From positions 1 to 64,000 of the forward strand of contig BTVV01000020.1 in NCBI GenBank assembly GCA_045863855.1: 64,000 nt of DNA. Direction: 5' to 3'. The stretch's first letter is position 1, and every line of letters starts with the position of its first letter. This document shows positions 42,865-53,340 of the stretch, in pieces. Below the pieces are notes generated by a model. It searched no databases. It saw nothing but the letters and a program-made list of their open reading frames with translations, and was not told the DNA's origin. The stretch is from Planctomycetota bacterium (GTDB lineage: Bacteria; Planctomycetota; SZUA-567; H5-PLA8). A program made the translations under genes and the position numbers.

Positions 42865-45675
42865 GTGCGGCGTACGTTCCTGTTGCTCGGTCTGAGTCTG
42901 TGGCTGGCTTGCGCTTCGGCGCACGCGGCGACGTATCACGTCAGCACTGCGGGGCACGACGGCAACCCCGGCTCGGCCGCGTTCCCGTGGCTCACCTTGC
43001 AGCGCGCCGCGAACGTCATGCAGCCCGGCGACACCGTGCAGGTGGCCGATGGCACGTACGCGGGTTTCCTGCCCACGCGCAGCGGCACGCCAAGTGCGCC
43101 CATCCGCTACAAATCCACGAACCCCCGCGGCGCCAAGATCAACGCACCCAGCCCTATCGCGACCGGCGACGACGCATTGGATTTCATCAACATCCAGGCC
43201 AGAAGCCACCTGATCGTTGAAGGCTTCGAAGTGTCCGGCGCGCCGCGCGCGGGCATCAGCGTCCGGTCCATCGTCGATAGCTCCGGCGAAGACACCACGA
43301 ACGTCGAGATCCGCAACTGCCGCTCGCGCAACAACGGCTCGGCGGCCACCGCGCGAAACGACGGCATCTACGCCTTCTTCGCGAAGAACCTGCGCATCGA
43401 AGACTGCGAAACGCACGCCAACTCCGGACACGGCATCTTGATCGTCGGCGGTGGATCGGATGCGCCCGTCGTGCGGCATTGCGTGAGCTACTCCAACGGC
43501 CTGCACGGCATCGCGTTGAGCGCCTTCCTGGCCGGCGGCGGCGACGGCAACATCACCGGCTTTCTGGCCGAACAGAATCGCAGCAACCACAACGCGGGAG
43601 CCGGACTGCAATTCGAAGGCGCCAGTGGCGGGATCTGCCAGAACAACCTCGTTTACCGGAATGCGCTGCCAGGCTTGAATTTCATTCAAGGCGCCGGAGC
43701 CGTGGGCAGCCACACCAATCTGGTGGTGAACAATACGGTCTACCACCCCACCAGCACCAGCGGAGCGCTCGTCGTCGGCAACGGCTCGAACAACCTGACG
43801 ATCTTCAACAACCTCCTTTATTCGGGCACCGGCGCGGGGCTGGAGATTCAGACCGCAAGCAACACCCAGCACGATTACAACACCTTCAATTCGATTACCG
43901 GCGGCGCGCAGTCGGCACACGAACTGACCCAGGCCCCCGGCGCCGTCTTCACCGCGCCGGCCACCGACGACCTCACGCTCAAGGACGGCTCCCCCGCCAT
44001 CGACAGCGGCATCGACGAGTTCAACAACACCGCCGCGCCGAACCTGGATTTCAATCGCGCCAGCCGTCCCTTCGGAACCAAGCACGACCGCGGCGCCTAC
44101 GAGCGTGGCGCGCCGCTCGATACGACCCCGCCCGGCATCACGATCCTCGTACCTTCGCTTGCGCCGTTCTTCACCACCAACCTGCCCTCCGTTTCGCTGG
44201 CCGGCAGCGCCGGGGACAACGTGGGGCTCGCGCTGCTCAGTTGGGAGAACAGCCTCGGCGGCTTCGGCGTGATTCCCGTCTCGACCAACTGGAACGTCGC
44301 GAACATCCCGCTCGAACTGGGCCAGAACGTCCTGACGCTTCGCGCCGTGGACACCTCGGGCCTGATCGCCTTCGATACGCTCACCGTAACCCGGGTGCCG
44401 CCGCCCAACGTACCGCCCGTGATCGAAAGCGGACCGCTCGCCACCCCCGACCCGCTTCTCCTGCCGGCCACCGCCGACCTGCTTGTCGCCGCCAGCGATC
44501 CGGACGAAGCGCCCGATCCGCTCGTCTACACCTGGGTGCGCGCCGGCGGTCCGGCCCCCGTGGACTTCGAGCCCAACGCGACCGCGGACGCCGATCAATC
44601 CGTCGCGACTTTCAGCGCCCCCGGCGTTTACCAGCTTCGCACCTCCGTCTTCGACGGCGCCGACGCGACCGAAGAGGAGTTTATCTATTTCGTGAGCGAC
44701 GGAACCGTGCCTGGGCCGGTGACCGACACGTCGCTGTGTCTCACCAAGGGCCAACTGAGCGTCAACTTCGCGCGTAGCGGTTCCGACAAGCTGCTTCTGA
44801 CCGGGCGCTTCAATCGCGCGCTCTTCCCCGATCTCATGACCGGCATCGAGGCCACACTGGTCGTCAACGGCGCGACGGTCCTCAACGCGCAGCCGCTCGA
44901 CGCGCTAGGGCGCTTCGCTTCGCCGCGCGGAGCAAAGCCCGTCGCCAAGTCTTCTTTCGCCACCAAGACGGGGATCTTCACGCTCAGCCTGAGTTCCGCG
45001 GACCTGGCCGCGGTCCTGAATCCGCCCAACCGCACCGGCGCCGCCACGCTGCTCGTCGACCTGGTGCTGCATCTGGAAGGCGGCGGGCTCGGTGCGCCTA
45101 TCGAAACGCGCGGCGCATTCGAGTTCCTCGGCAAAGGCAAGAAAGGCGCCTCCTTCGCCGCCAGTTACCTGCCCGGAAAAGGGCGTGCGTACGACGGCTT
45201 CCTAAGCGTGACGAAAGCTTCCGTCACGCAGCTTTCCGAAAGGGTCGGCGGCGGACACAAGGTCATGCTTGCCGGAAACATGGACATTCGCGGCGCCGAC
45301 CCTTTCATCCTGCGCGACGAAGCCCTCGCCGACGACGACGTGCGTATTGAACTTGGAGGCGAAGCGATCGAGCTTTCCTTCATCGGCCTTCTTATCTCCG
45401 GCAACACCGCCGAAAGCGCGAGCTACACCTACAACCCCCAAGCGCCCGGCGGACCGCCCGAGCTTAAGCAGGCCTTCTTCAGCAACCTGAACAAGTCCTA
45501 CAAGCTCACCACCAACGCGCTCGACGCCCTCGGACTTCCGCCCGCCGGACCCGCCGAGGCGCTGGATCACGTGCTGCCGTTCGCGCTGGAATTCGAAACC
45601 TTGAGCGGCCGTCTGCGCCTCGAGACGCAGATCCGGCTGCGCCGCACCAAGCCCACCGCCACCGCCTGGAAGTAG
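42865..45675 (+). CDS. Secreted right-handed beta-helix protein with choice-of-anchor-Q-like and Ig/PKD domains
   Basis: ATYHVSTAG.D.NPGS..PW.TLQRA..PGDTV.V..GTY; Asn-rich repeats; GSPAIDSG..DRGAYE. Confidence 0.85.
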   Translation: MRRTFLLLGLSLWLACASAHAATYHVSTAGHDGNPGSAAFPWLTLQRAANVMQPGDTVQVADGTYAGFLPTRSGTPSAPIRYKSTNPRGAKINAPSPIATGDDALDFINIQARSHLIVEGFEVSGAPRAGISVRSIVDSSGEDTTNVEIRNCRSRNNGSAATARNDGIYAFFAKNLRIEDCETHANSGHGILIVGGGSDAPVVRHCVSYSNGLHGIALSAFLAGGGDGNITGFLAEQNRSNHNAGAGLQFEGASGGICQNNLVYRNALPGLNFIQGAGAVGSHTNLVVNNTVYHPTSTSGALVVGNGSNNLTIFNNLLYSGTGAGLEIQTASNTQHDYNTFNSITGGAQSAHELTQAPGAVFTAPATDDLTLKDGSPAIDSGIDEFNNTAAPNLDFNRASRPFGTKHDRGAYERGAPLDTTPPGITILVPSLAPFFTTNLPSVSLAGSAGDNVGLALLSWENSLGGFGVIPVSTNWNVANIPLELGQNVLTLRAVDTSGLIAFDTLTVTRVPPPNVPPVIESGPLATPDPLLLPATADLLVAASDPDEAPDPLVYTWVRAGGPAPVDFEPNATADADQSVATFSAPGVYQLRTSVFDGADATEEEFIYFVSDGTVPGPVTDTSLCLTKGQLSVNFARSGSDKLLLTGRFNRALFPDLMTGIEATLVVNGATVLNAQPLDALGRFASPRGAKPVAKSSFATKTGIFTLSLSSADLAAVLNPPNRTGAATLLVDLVLHLEGGGLGAPIETRGAFEFLGKGKKGASFAASYLPGKGRAYDGFLSVTKASVTQLSERVGGGHKVMLAGNMDIRGADPFILRDEALADDDVRIELGGEAIELSFIGLLISGNTAESASYTYNPQAPGGPPELKQAFFSNLNKSYKLTTNALDALGLPPAGPAEALDHVLPFALEFETLSGRLRLETQIRLRRTKPTATAWK

Positions 45676-45730
45676 CCGCCTTCGTCCGGCCGCGCTAGGA
45701 TGGACGGGCCTGCATTCGGAGAGAATCGCC

Positions 45731-46252
45731 ATGCGCCTGGATCACATCGCCTACCGCGTCAAGGACCGCGACGCCGCCGTGAAGTTCTTCAAGGAGGCCT
45801 TCGGTTACACCGAGCAGGCCGAGTTCGACCTGAAGCTCGAGGACGGCAGCACCGCGCGCTGTATGGCCCTCGAACCCCCCGAGAAGCAGCAGGTCGCGCT
45901 GCCGCAGTTCGTCTCGGACGGCTTCCATCTCGCGCCGGAAATCTTCGTCAGCTCCGGTCCGCCTGGCAGCCTCATCGACCGCTGGGTCAACGAGTGGGGC
46001 CGCGGCGTCGGCGCGATTCATCACCTTGCCTACCAGGTCGAGGACGTTCCGGCGACGATGCGCGAATGGCTCGACAAAGGCCTCATGTTCACCACCGATG
46101 GCCCGCTCGAATGCCCCAACCTGACGCAAATCTTTTCGCAGCCCCACCCGCTCACCGGGATCATTTACGAATTCATCGCGCGCAAAGGCAATCACGGCTT
46201 CTGCAAAGAGAACGTCGCCAAACTGATGAGCAGCACGGCAAAGCTGGCCTGA
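45731..46252 (+). CDS. VOC family protein resembling HPPD C-terminal domain
   Basis: LDHIAY, IHHLAY, LTQIFS, YEFIARKGNHGF. Confidence 0.8.
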   Translation: MRLDHIAYRVKDRDAAVKFFKEAFGYTEQAEFDLKLEDGSTARCMALEPPEKQQVALPQFVSDGFHLAPEIFVSSGPPGSLIDRWVNEWGRGVGAIHHLAYQVEDVPATMREWLDKGLMFTTDGPLECPNLTQIFSQPHPLTGIIYEFIARKGNHGFCKENVAKLMSSTAKLA

Positions 46253-46313
46253 GGTCGATTTCGGGTTCGCAATTTCGGATGGGTGCGCCGCGCTTGCGGA
46301 TAATCCATATTCC

Positions 46314-47174
46314 CTACGTCCACTCCCGCACGAACGCGTACAGCGCGCGCCATTCGGTGCGGTAGTACCAGTCTTCCGCGTACAAAAAGTAGAGCCCCTT
46401 CGCGGCCAACAGCGCGCCGCTCGCGGCCAGCACCGTCAGAACCAGCAGCCGTTCGAGCGCCCCAAGTTTCCGGCGCGGCAGTTCCACGCCGCTCTTCGCC
46501 GGTTCGAAGCCGCGGCTTTGGATCGAAGCCGCCAGCGTCCCTGCGCGGCGCACGCAGCCGGCCAAGACCGGGCGCAGCAGGCCGAAGGTCACCGCCGCGC
46601 CGGCCCATGGCGGCGTGCGCCACGGCGCGGGCTGGAAGCCCCGCAACCGCGCGGCCGTCCAGGCCTGCGTCGCTTCTTGCGCAAGCAACGGCCCGAAGCG
46701 CAGCGCCGTCACCGCCATGAACGCCAGCCCGTAGGGTACGCGGAAGAACGTCAGCGCGCCCAGCAAAGCGCCCGGATCGGTGCTGAACGCCACCGCCAGA
46801 CCCGCCGCCGCGGCCAGCACCACGCGCAAGCCCTGCGCGAGCCCGTGCGCGAATCCCTCCCGATACAACGCCACGCCTTCGGGACCGAAGAGCGCATGCG
46901 CCCAGCCGCTTTGCGGATGCCAGCCCCAGATCTCCGTGCGCGGCGCCTGCGCATAGAAAAAGCCCTGCATCAGCGCCAAGCCCCATAAGGCCAGCGCCAA
47001 ACCGCCCAGCGCCGCCAAGATGCGCCGCCAGCCCGCGCCCGATAGGCACAGCGCAAGCACCGCCGCGCCCGCCAGCACGCCCAGCAAGAGCGGCCGATCC
47101 AGCGTCACCGCCCACAAGCCTGCCACACCCAGCAGCAGGAGCTTCACGCGCGCTTCGAAACCTCGCTCGTTCAT
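46314..47174 (-). CDS. ECF transporter transmembrane T component
   Basis: ALRFGP, ARLRG, IQSRGF motifs; ATGA overlap with ATPase gene. Confidence 0.88.
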   Translation of the reverse strand: MNERGFEARVKLLLLGVAGLWAVTLDRPLLLGVLAGAAVLALCLSGAGWRRILAALGGLALALWGLALMQGFFYAQAPRTEIWGWHPQSGWAHALFGPEGVALYREGFAHGLAQGLRVVLAAAAGLAVAFSTDPGALLGALTFFRVPYGLAFMAVTALRFGPLLAQEATQAWTAARLRGFQPAPWRTPPWAGAAVTFGLLRPVLAGCVRRAGTLAASIQSRGFEPAKSGVELPRRKLGALERLLVLTVLAASGALLAAKGLYFLYAEDWYYRTEWRALYAFVREWT

Positions 47175-48799
47175 GTGCGCGCCTCCGTCCAACGCGCGGC
47201 CAATTCGTCCAGCGTCCGAGCCGCGGGCACACCCAGCGCTTCGCACCACGCCAGCAGCGCCGGCCGCTTCAAGCCCGTGCGTGCGAGCAGCGCCGCGTCG
47301 TTCAACACCGCGTGCGGCGAACCGTCGGCGGCGATGCGCCCGGCCTGCAGCACCACGACGCGATCGGCCCACGCCAGCGCCAGGTCCGGATCGTGCGTGC
47401 TGAAGACCGCCGCCGCACCGTGCTCGCAGACGCTTTGCAGCAGGCTCTCCACGTGCTTGCGGTCCTGCCCCGTGCTGGGCTCGTCGAGCAGCAGAATCTC
47501 CGGTTCGGCGGCAAGCACCGCGGCCACCGCCAAGCGCAGGCGCTGCCCGCGCGATAACGCCAGCGGCGCTTCCATGCTGCGCGCGCCCAGCCCCAGGGCT
47601 TCCAGCGCCGCGCGGCCTTTCGCTTCCGCCGCCGCGCGGCCCAGCTTGAGCGTCCAGCGCGGGCCGAAAGCCGTCTCGTCCAGCGCCGTCGCGCCGATCA
47701 GCATCGCGTCGGGATTCTGAAACGTGTACCCGCGCGCCGCGGCGCATTCGATCCGTCCCGCACCGGGCTTGCGCAGGCCCGCCAGCAGCGCCAGTAATGT
47801 GCTCTTGCCCGATCCGTTCGCGCCTAGCAGCGCCACGCGTTCCCCGCGCCGCAGCGTGAAGTTCGCACCTTCCAACGCGAAGCCTTTGCCGCCATAAGCG
47901 AACCCCAAGCCTTCCGCACGCAGAATCTCCGCGCCGGCCGGCGCGCGCACGGCTTCCGGTCCGGCCGCGCGCGGTGCATGCGTGCGCGCCCATTCGAGCG
48001 CACGAGCGCGGTCGCACGCGCCGGCCGCCCACGCTTCCGGAACGCGCCGCGCCCACTCCGCAGCAACCGGCAAGCGCAACCCCAGCTCCGCCAACTTCGG
48101 CGCGTACTTCGCCGCATCTTCTGCCGGCGCATTCAACGCCACGCGTCCGCCGTCCAGCGCCAGCACCTGCTGCGGTCCGCCATCGCGCGAAGGTTCGAGC
48201 AACTCGCCCAAACGGTGCTCCGCCAGCACCAGCGCGACGCCGCGCTCCGCGCGCAGGCGTTCCAGCAGCGCGCGAATCTCTTCCGCGCCCTGCGGATCGA
48301 GCTGCGCGAACGGCTCGTCCAGCACCAGCGCCGCCGGTTCCAGCGCCAGCGCCGCCGCCAGCGCCAGGCGCTGCTTCTGCCCGCCGCTCAGCGCCGCCGG
48401 ATCGGCGTCTTCGCGCCCACCCAACCCCACCACGCTTAAGGCTTCCGTTACACGGCGCCCAATCTCGCTTTCGCTCAGTCCCAGGTTGCGCGGACCGAAC
48501 GCAACCTCGTCGAACGCGCGGCGCGCGAAGAGTTGATCGTCGGGGCTCTGGAAGACCACGCCGCAGCGCGCGCCCGGCGCGGTTTCGCGCACACCGTCCA
48601 ATCGGCAGACGCTCAAACCCGGCAACAGCCCCGCGAGCACCTTCAAGAACGTACTCTTGCCCGAACCCGTCGGACCCGCGACCAGCGTGTACGCGCCGGC
48701 TTCCAGTTCGAAATCGACGCCTTCCAGCGCCGCATGCGCGCGGCCCGGATAGGTCAAGCGCGCGCCGCGCAAAGCAAGGAGTGCGGTAGCTGTTTTCAT
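47171..48799 (-). CDS. ECF transporter duplicated ATPase
   Basis: GPTGSGKS/LSGGQKQR/DEP and GANGSGKS/LSRGQ/DEP; FQSPD and FQNPD. Confidence 0.93.
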   Translation of the reverse strand: MKTATALLALRGARLTYPGRAHAALEGVDFELEAGAYTLVAGPTGSGKSTFLKVLAGLLPGLSVCRLDGVRETAPGARCGVVFQSPDDQLFARRAFDEVAFGPRNLGLSESEIGRRVTEALSVVGLGGREDADPAALSGGQKQRLALAAALALEPAALVLDEPFAQLDPQGAEEIRALLERLRAERGVALVLAEHRLGELLEPSRDGGPQQVLALDGGRVALNAPAEDAAKYAPKLAELGLRLPVAAEWARRVPEAWAAGACDRARALEWARTHAPRAAGPEAVRAPAGAEILRAEGLGFAYGGKGFALEGANFTLRRGERVALLGANGSGKSTLLALLAGLRKPGAGRIECAAARGYTFQNPDAMLIGATALDETAFGPRWTLKLGRAAAEAKGRAALEALGLGARSMEAPLALSRGQRLRLAVAAVLAAEPEILLLDEPSTGQDRKHVESLLQSVCEHGAAAVFSTHDPDLALAWADRVVVLQAGRIAADGSPHAVLNDAALLARTGLKRPALLAWCEALGVPAARTLDELAARWTEART

Positions 48800-48913
48800 C
48801 GCGAAGCGCAGGGAAACGCCAAACTAAGAGTGCGTGCGCGGCAAGCAACTTAGCCGCCGAGCTCGCGCTTTACGTTTCCTGCACCGCCCTCCTTTCTGAT
48901 AACGCCGCCACCA

Positions 48914-50785
48914 TCATTCCGCCACGCGCGTCAAATCCGCGCCCAGCTTCGTGCCCAGCCACGCGCCCAGCAGCGGATACGCGCACCCGTTCAGCGCCAC
49001 GTACAGCAGTACGTACCAGTCGGCGAAGAAGAGCCGGAACAGCGCGCTCTCCAGCGCCAGCGTGAAAGCCGCGCCGCCCGCCCCTAGCAGCCCAAACGCG
49101 GCGACGATCCGCGGCGCACTCGGCTTTCCGCGCGTCACGCCGCACAGCCACAGCAACGCCTCGGCGCTCAACAGCACCGGAACGATGTACAGCAGATCCA
49201 GCGGCGAGAAGCCGCCGAAGACGATCCCATTCAACAGAAAACGCACGCCGCCAACCAGCAGCGCCACGCCCGGCCGCGGAACCAGCCGCACCGCCGCCGC
49301 GACGATCGCTTCCGCGCAGACCGTGCCGTACAGCCCGAGGATGAACGGGCTGAGCACCGGGAGCACCGCGAAGAGCGCCACCGAGAGCAGCCGCGCCGGA
49401 ACGCCCACCAGCACGAAGGTCGCCGCGCCGAAAAGCGCCAGTTGAATCAGCTCCACGGTGCTGAACCCGCGCAGGATCCGCGGAGCGCCCAGCAACAAAA
49501 GCGGCAATGCGACGAGCGTCAGCAGCGCCGCGCTCAGCGTCAGCAGCAGCGGCAAGCGCGCCGACGAAGCGACTTCCAGCGCCGCCGTATCCGCCGCCAG
49601 CACCATCTCGCTCCCGAAGAGCCGCACTTCCGCCACCCGCCGATAGGGCCCAGGCAGGACATCCGGCTGCAGGTAGATCGGAAAGATCGCCTCGCGCCGC
49701 GCGCCAGCCGGCACGATCAGCGGTTCGACCCAAGTCTCGCCCGCCCGGCCCAGCTTGGCCGGCGGCGCGAAACCCGCGGCGGCGAGCTCGGACTCCGCTT
49801 CGCGCACCACGCCGCGCACGTCCACCGCCAGCGCGCCCGGCAGATCGTGCTCCAGCGTCACCCGCGCATACGCGAACGGAGCTTCTCCGTCGCTCCACCC
49901 CTGCGGCAAACCCAGCGCGCTGCGCAAACGCCGCTCCCAGGCGCTCGGCACGCGCAGCAATCCCTGCCGCCGCGAAGCTTCTTGCCGCCCGAAGCCGTCC
50001 GTGGGCAGCGCGTGCTCGACGATCCGCACCGTGCGGGCAAGATCGGCCGCGGACAGCGCGCGGAGCGTGCGCGCAACTTCCAGCGTCGCCCCTTGCGGCA
50101 GCCGCAAGCGCGCGCGAAACGTCTCGGCTCCGCGCGAAGCGCCCGGAGCGCGGAGCGTGAAACGAAACTCGATCCGTTCGCCTCCCTGTACCGGCCGCTC
50201 GAAGATCTGTGCGTGCTCCGTCTCGCGCCAGGCGCGTTCGCCCTCGCGACCCGCCTGCGCGCCCAGCGTCCAGCCCGCGGGCGGTTCCAGCTCCAACCGC
50301 GCCGTCCCTTCGGCTTCGCCTTCGAATATCGCGCTCACCGCGCAGGCCACCGACTGACCGGCGGGCAATAGGGCTTCTTGAGTTTCGGCGGCGGCGCCCG
50401 GCAGGCCCAGCGGAAGCGCCAACGTCAGCGCGCCGGCATGCGCCGGCCGCGGCGGTACGCTCAGCGCGATCTCGCGTATGGATGAGTCGCGCAGCACCAG
50501 CCGCCCGCGCAGCGGTCCTTCCGGCGGCGGCGGCTCCAGCTTCAGGGTTTTGCGCGCGCCGGGCGTAAAGGTCCAGCGCCGCAGCACCCCCGCGCCGCTT
50601 GCGTCGAGTTGCTCGAAGCGCGCCACATCTTCCGATGCGTCCAGCAGCAGGGTGAACGCCCGCCCATCCCACGCGGCTTCGGCTTTGGTGACCGCCGGTT
50701 CGGGCGCGTGGTGAGCACAACCGGAGCCCCACCACGGCAGGGCCGCCAGAAGCCATACATAAGGAGCGCGAAGCGTGCGGCGCAT
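48914..50785 (-). CDS. Putative ECF S-component fused to large N-terminal lipoprotein domain
   Basis: Lipobox-like GSGC, about 400-aa soluble region, C-terminal multi-TM domain with VPRPG; upstream of ECF ATPase and T genes. Confidence 0.7.
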   Translation of the reverse strand: MRRTLRAPYVWLLAALPWWGSGCAHHAPEPAVTKAEAAWDGRAFTLLLDASEDVARFEQLDASGAGVLRRWTFTPGARKTLKLEPPPPEGPLRGRLVLRDSSIREIALSVPPRPAHAGALTLALPLGLPGAAAETQEALLPAGQSVACAVSAIFEGEAEGTARLELEPPAGWTLGAQAGREGERAWRETEHAQIFERPVQGGERIEFRFTLRAPGASRGAETFRARLRLPQGATLEVARTLRALSAADLARTVRIVEHALPTDGFGRQEASRRQGLLRVPSAWERRLRSALGLPQGWSDGEAPFAYARVTLEHDLPGALAVDVRGVVREAESELAAAGFAPPAKLGRAGETWVEPLIVPAGARREAIFPIYLQPDVLPGPYRRVAEVRLFGSEMVLAADTAALEVASSARLPLLLTLSAALLTLVALPLLLLGAPRILRGFSTVELIQLALFGAATFVLVGVPARLLSVALFAVLPVLSPFILGLYGTVCAEAIVAAAVRLVPRPGVALLVGGVRFLLNGIVFGGFSPLDLLYIVPVLLSAEALLWLCGVTRGKPSAPRIVAAFGLLGAGGAAFTLALESALFRLFFADWYVLLYVALNGCAYPLLGAWLGTKLGADLTRVAE

Positions 50786-50884
50786 GAAATTCGGTTCATC
50801 CGTGGATCGAAATATCACTATAGCAGGCCGCCGCGCCTGGGAAGCTCCCTTGCCGCATGCCGCCGCGGACCGTAGCCTGCTCGC

Positions 50885-51703
50885 ATGATGCTTCGAAGCG
50901 CCGCCGCCCGAATCGCGCTGCCCCTCGCCGCGATCGGCTTCGCGTGCTCAGCCGCCGCACAAGAGGGCCCCATGGTGGGCCCTTCCCGCGTCCAGCCGCC
51001 GCTCCAGCTTTACGCCGACCTGCTTTCGTCTTCTTGGCCGTGGGGTCCGCTTCTGCTGGGCCTCAGCTTCATGATCCTGCTCCTGATCATTTTCTGCACC
51101 CGCAACGCCGGCGAAGCGTTCCGAAGCGGGAATTCGCAGGCTTTCCGCGGCCTGCCGCCCGGCCTCGATTCGGACGGGCTGCTCGATCTGCGCGACCGGC
51201 TCGAAACGCGCGGCAATGCCTTAGGCGCGCTGCGCCGCGCTTTGCGCGTCGGCCTCGTGCGCGGGCGCGGCGGCTTGCTGATCTCCAAATCAGCCGTCCT
51301 CGCCGCGTGGGAAGCCGAGCGCGCGACCTTCCGCATGTGGCCGCGCGTGATGCTCGCCATGGGCCTCACCTCCCTCGCCCTGGCCGTCCTTGCCGCCGCC
51401 AACCAGCTCCCCGTGGTTATCCGCATCTGGGAAGCCTTTTCCGAAATCGGCCAGCCGCCGCGCGGCGAGGCCTTCTGGGACCCGCTGCGCCGCGCCCACG
51501 CCCTCCTGACCTGGGGGCTGACCAACGCGTTCATCTCGCTGCTGCTCTATTTCGTCTTCGACCGCATCACGACGATGTTCTTGGACCGTACAACCAAGGC
51601 GCTGATCCGCTACCTTGGCGCGCCCGCCGCCGAAGAGGGCTTTGGCGCGCCTTCCATTGACCCCGCGCGCCGCGTGCCCGCGCACGCTGACGAAGAAGCC
51701 TGA
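50885..51703 (+). CDS. Divergent MotA/TolQ/ExbB-like membrane protein
   Basis: Signal peptide plus three TMs spaced as in ExbB; canonical motifs absent. Confidence 0.5.
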   Translation: MMLRSAAARIALPLAAIGFACSAAAQEGPMVGPSRVQPPLQLYADLLSSSWPWGPLLLGLSFMILLLIIFCTRNAGEAFRSGNSQAFRGLPPGLDSDGLLDLRDRLETRGNALGALRRALRVGLVRGRGGLLISKSAVLAAWEAERATFRMWPRVMLAMGLTSLALAVLAAANQLPVVIRIWEAFSEIGQPPRGEAFWDPLRRAHALLTWGLTNAFISLLLYFVFDRITTMFLDRTTKALIRYLGAPAAEEGFGAPSIDPARRVPAHADEEA

Positions 51704-53268
51704 TGATCCGCATGAGCAACGAACGCGCCGCGCTTTGCGGCACCATGATTTTAACGCTGGCCGCCGCCGCGCACGGAGGCGAGGAAGTTCCCTTCGGGTC
51801 GGCCCGAGCCGTCGTCCTGCAGGCCGATCCCGGCAAAACGTTCCTGCGCCTGCGCGCCTGGTTTCGGGCCGGAAGCAAACACTTCGACCTGCGCGTCGCG
51901 CAAGTCGCCGTCAACGGCGTGCCGCTCGACGCCGCACGCTTGCGCTCGCCCGCCGAGATCCTGCAGCCGCGCAGCCAGCCGCCCGCGATCCCGCGCGTAA
52001 AGGACAAGGCCGGCGCCGTCCATTTCCCCTACTCGCACACCGCCGCCGGACTGCTCGATTGGACCTACGACGAGACCCAGGAATACAGCATCTGGAACCG
52101 TGTCTACCGCCAGTGCGATGCGACCGTCTGTTTCGATCTCGCCGGCTTGCCCCCCGATGCCGAAGGGCGCTACGTCGTGACGCTTTACAACACACTCGGC
52201 CGCCCCTGGGGCAAGCACGAGAACGGTCAGCCCAAGGGGTCGGCGCTGGTGGTCGAAGCCTGCGATCTCCTGGCCCAGCCCGAAACGCCGGCGGCCGAAC
52301 CGTACCTCGCGCCGAGCTGGCACGTGCTGCGTCTGCACGAACCGTCCTTAAAGGAAGCGCGGCGGCGGTGGAACGATCCGAATACGCCGCCGGCCGAACG
52401 CGGCACGCTGGGCTGGAGCCTCGGGCTTCTGCACGAGATGGCCGGCGAAGAAGAGCAGGCCGTGGCGCACTTTCGCCGCGCGCTCGAACAGGATGTCGCT
52501 TTTCCCGAGCGGGAAGAAGTGCGCTACCGGCTTGTGCGCCGAGGGCTGGCCGAACCGTCGGACGCCACCGCGGACAAGTGGGGCTTCGCGCGCCTGGGAC
52601 GCGTGCTGGTCCAGGCGCGACGCGGCGAGAACGGACCCGGCATCGCCGTGCTGCGGAAGTACAACGGCACGCTGGAGCCCAACGGGCTCCCCGGAGCGGC
52701 CTTCGCCGACGACGACGCACATCCGTGGCACGCCGTGGCGCATCCCGTCTCCGGAGAACACCGCGGCGATATCCCGAACGAAGCGAAGCTCGCCTACACC
52801 AACGCCGGCTTGCTGATGCTCTTTCGAGGCCCCACCTTGCCTTGGCTCCTCCCCGGCACGCGCATCGGCGAAGACCAGCCCGTCTGGGATCACAACTGCG
52901 TCGAACTCTTCGTCTCGCCCGGAGCGACCTTGACCCACTACTACGAGCTGAACACCAACGACGCCGGCGGGCGCTTCGACGGGCGGCAGGAATGGTTTTT
53001 CTGGACGCATCCCGAGTGGAACGGCGCCTGGAAGTGCCGCGCACGCCGCGAAGAGGGCCGCATGGAAGTGGCGTACTTCGTGCCCTGGAGCGACTTCGAA
53101 CGCAAGGAACCGCCCGCGCCGGGCGAATGCTGGATCGGCAACATCGTTCGCGTGCAATTCCTGCCCGATGCCGAGAAGAACGTCACCCCCGCCGAACTTT
53201 CGTGGGGACCGCTCACCCAGCGCAGCTTCCACCGCTTGCAGGACGGCATGATCTGGCGCTTCGAGTAA
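51703..53268 (+). CDS. Secreted protein with TPR-like segment and CBM9-like domain
   Basis: VWDHNCVELFV, YYELNTN, PGECWIGN, LSWGP..FH. Confidence 0.7.
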   Translation: MIRMSNERAALCGTMILTLAAAAHGGEEVPFGSARAVVLQADPGKTFLRLRAWFRAGSKHFDLRVAQVAVNGVPLDAARLRSPAEILQPRSQPPAIPRVKDKAGAVHFPYSHTAAGLLDWTYDETQEYSIWNRVYRQCDATVCFDLAGLPPDAEGRYVVTLYNTLGRPWGKHENGQPKGSALVVEACDLLAQPETPAAEPYLAPSWHVLRLHEPSLKEARRRWNDPNTPPAERGTLGWSLGLLHEMAGEEEQAVAHFRRALEQDVAFPEREEVRYRLVRRGLAEPSDATADKWGFARLGRVLVQARRGENGPGIAVLRKYNGTLEPNGLPGAAFADDDAHPWHAVAHPVSGEHRGDIPNEAKLAYTNAGLLMLFRGPTLPWLLPGTRIGEDQPVWDHNCVELFVSPGATLTHYYELNTNDAGGRFDGRQEWFFWTHPEWNGAWKCRARREEGRMEVAYFVPWSDFERKEPPAPGECWIGNIVRVQFLPDAEKNVTPAELSWGPLTQRSFHRLQDGMIWRFE

Positions 53269-53340
53269 GCCACTCGCCAGTTTGGGCGATCCCGATTACA
53301 AACGCCTGAGCTTCTATTTCGCCGATCGGACGTCCTGACC

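Noticed and set aside
47175..48848. 844-aa ORF appearing to extend the T component
   Set aside because: Overlaps the ATPase in another frame; the T gene starts at 47174 by ATGA coupling
50786..50884. Cobalamin or TPP riboswitch upstream of the ECF operon
   Set aside because: Only about 100 nt and no recognisable conserved core on the minus strand
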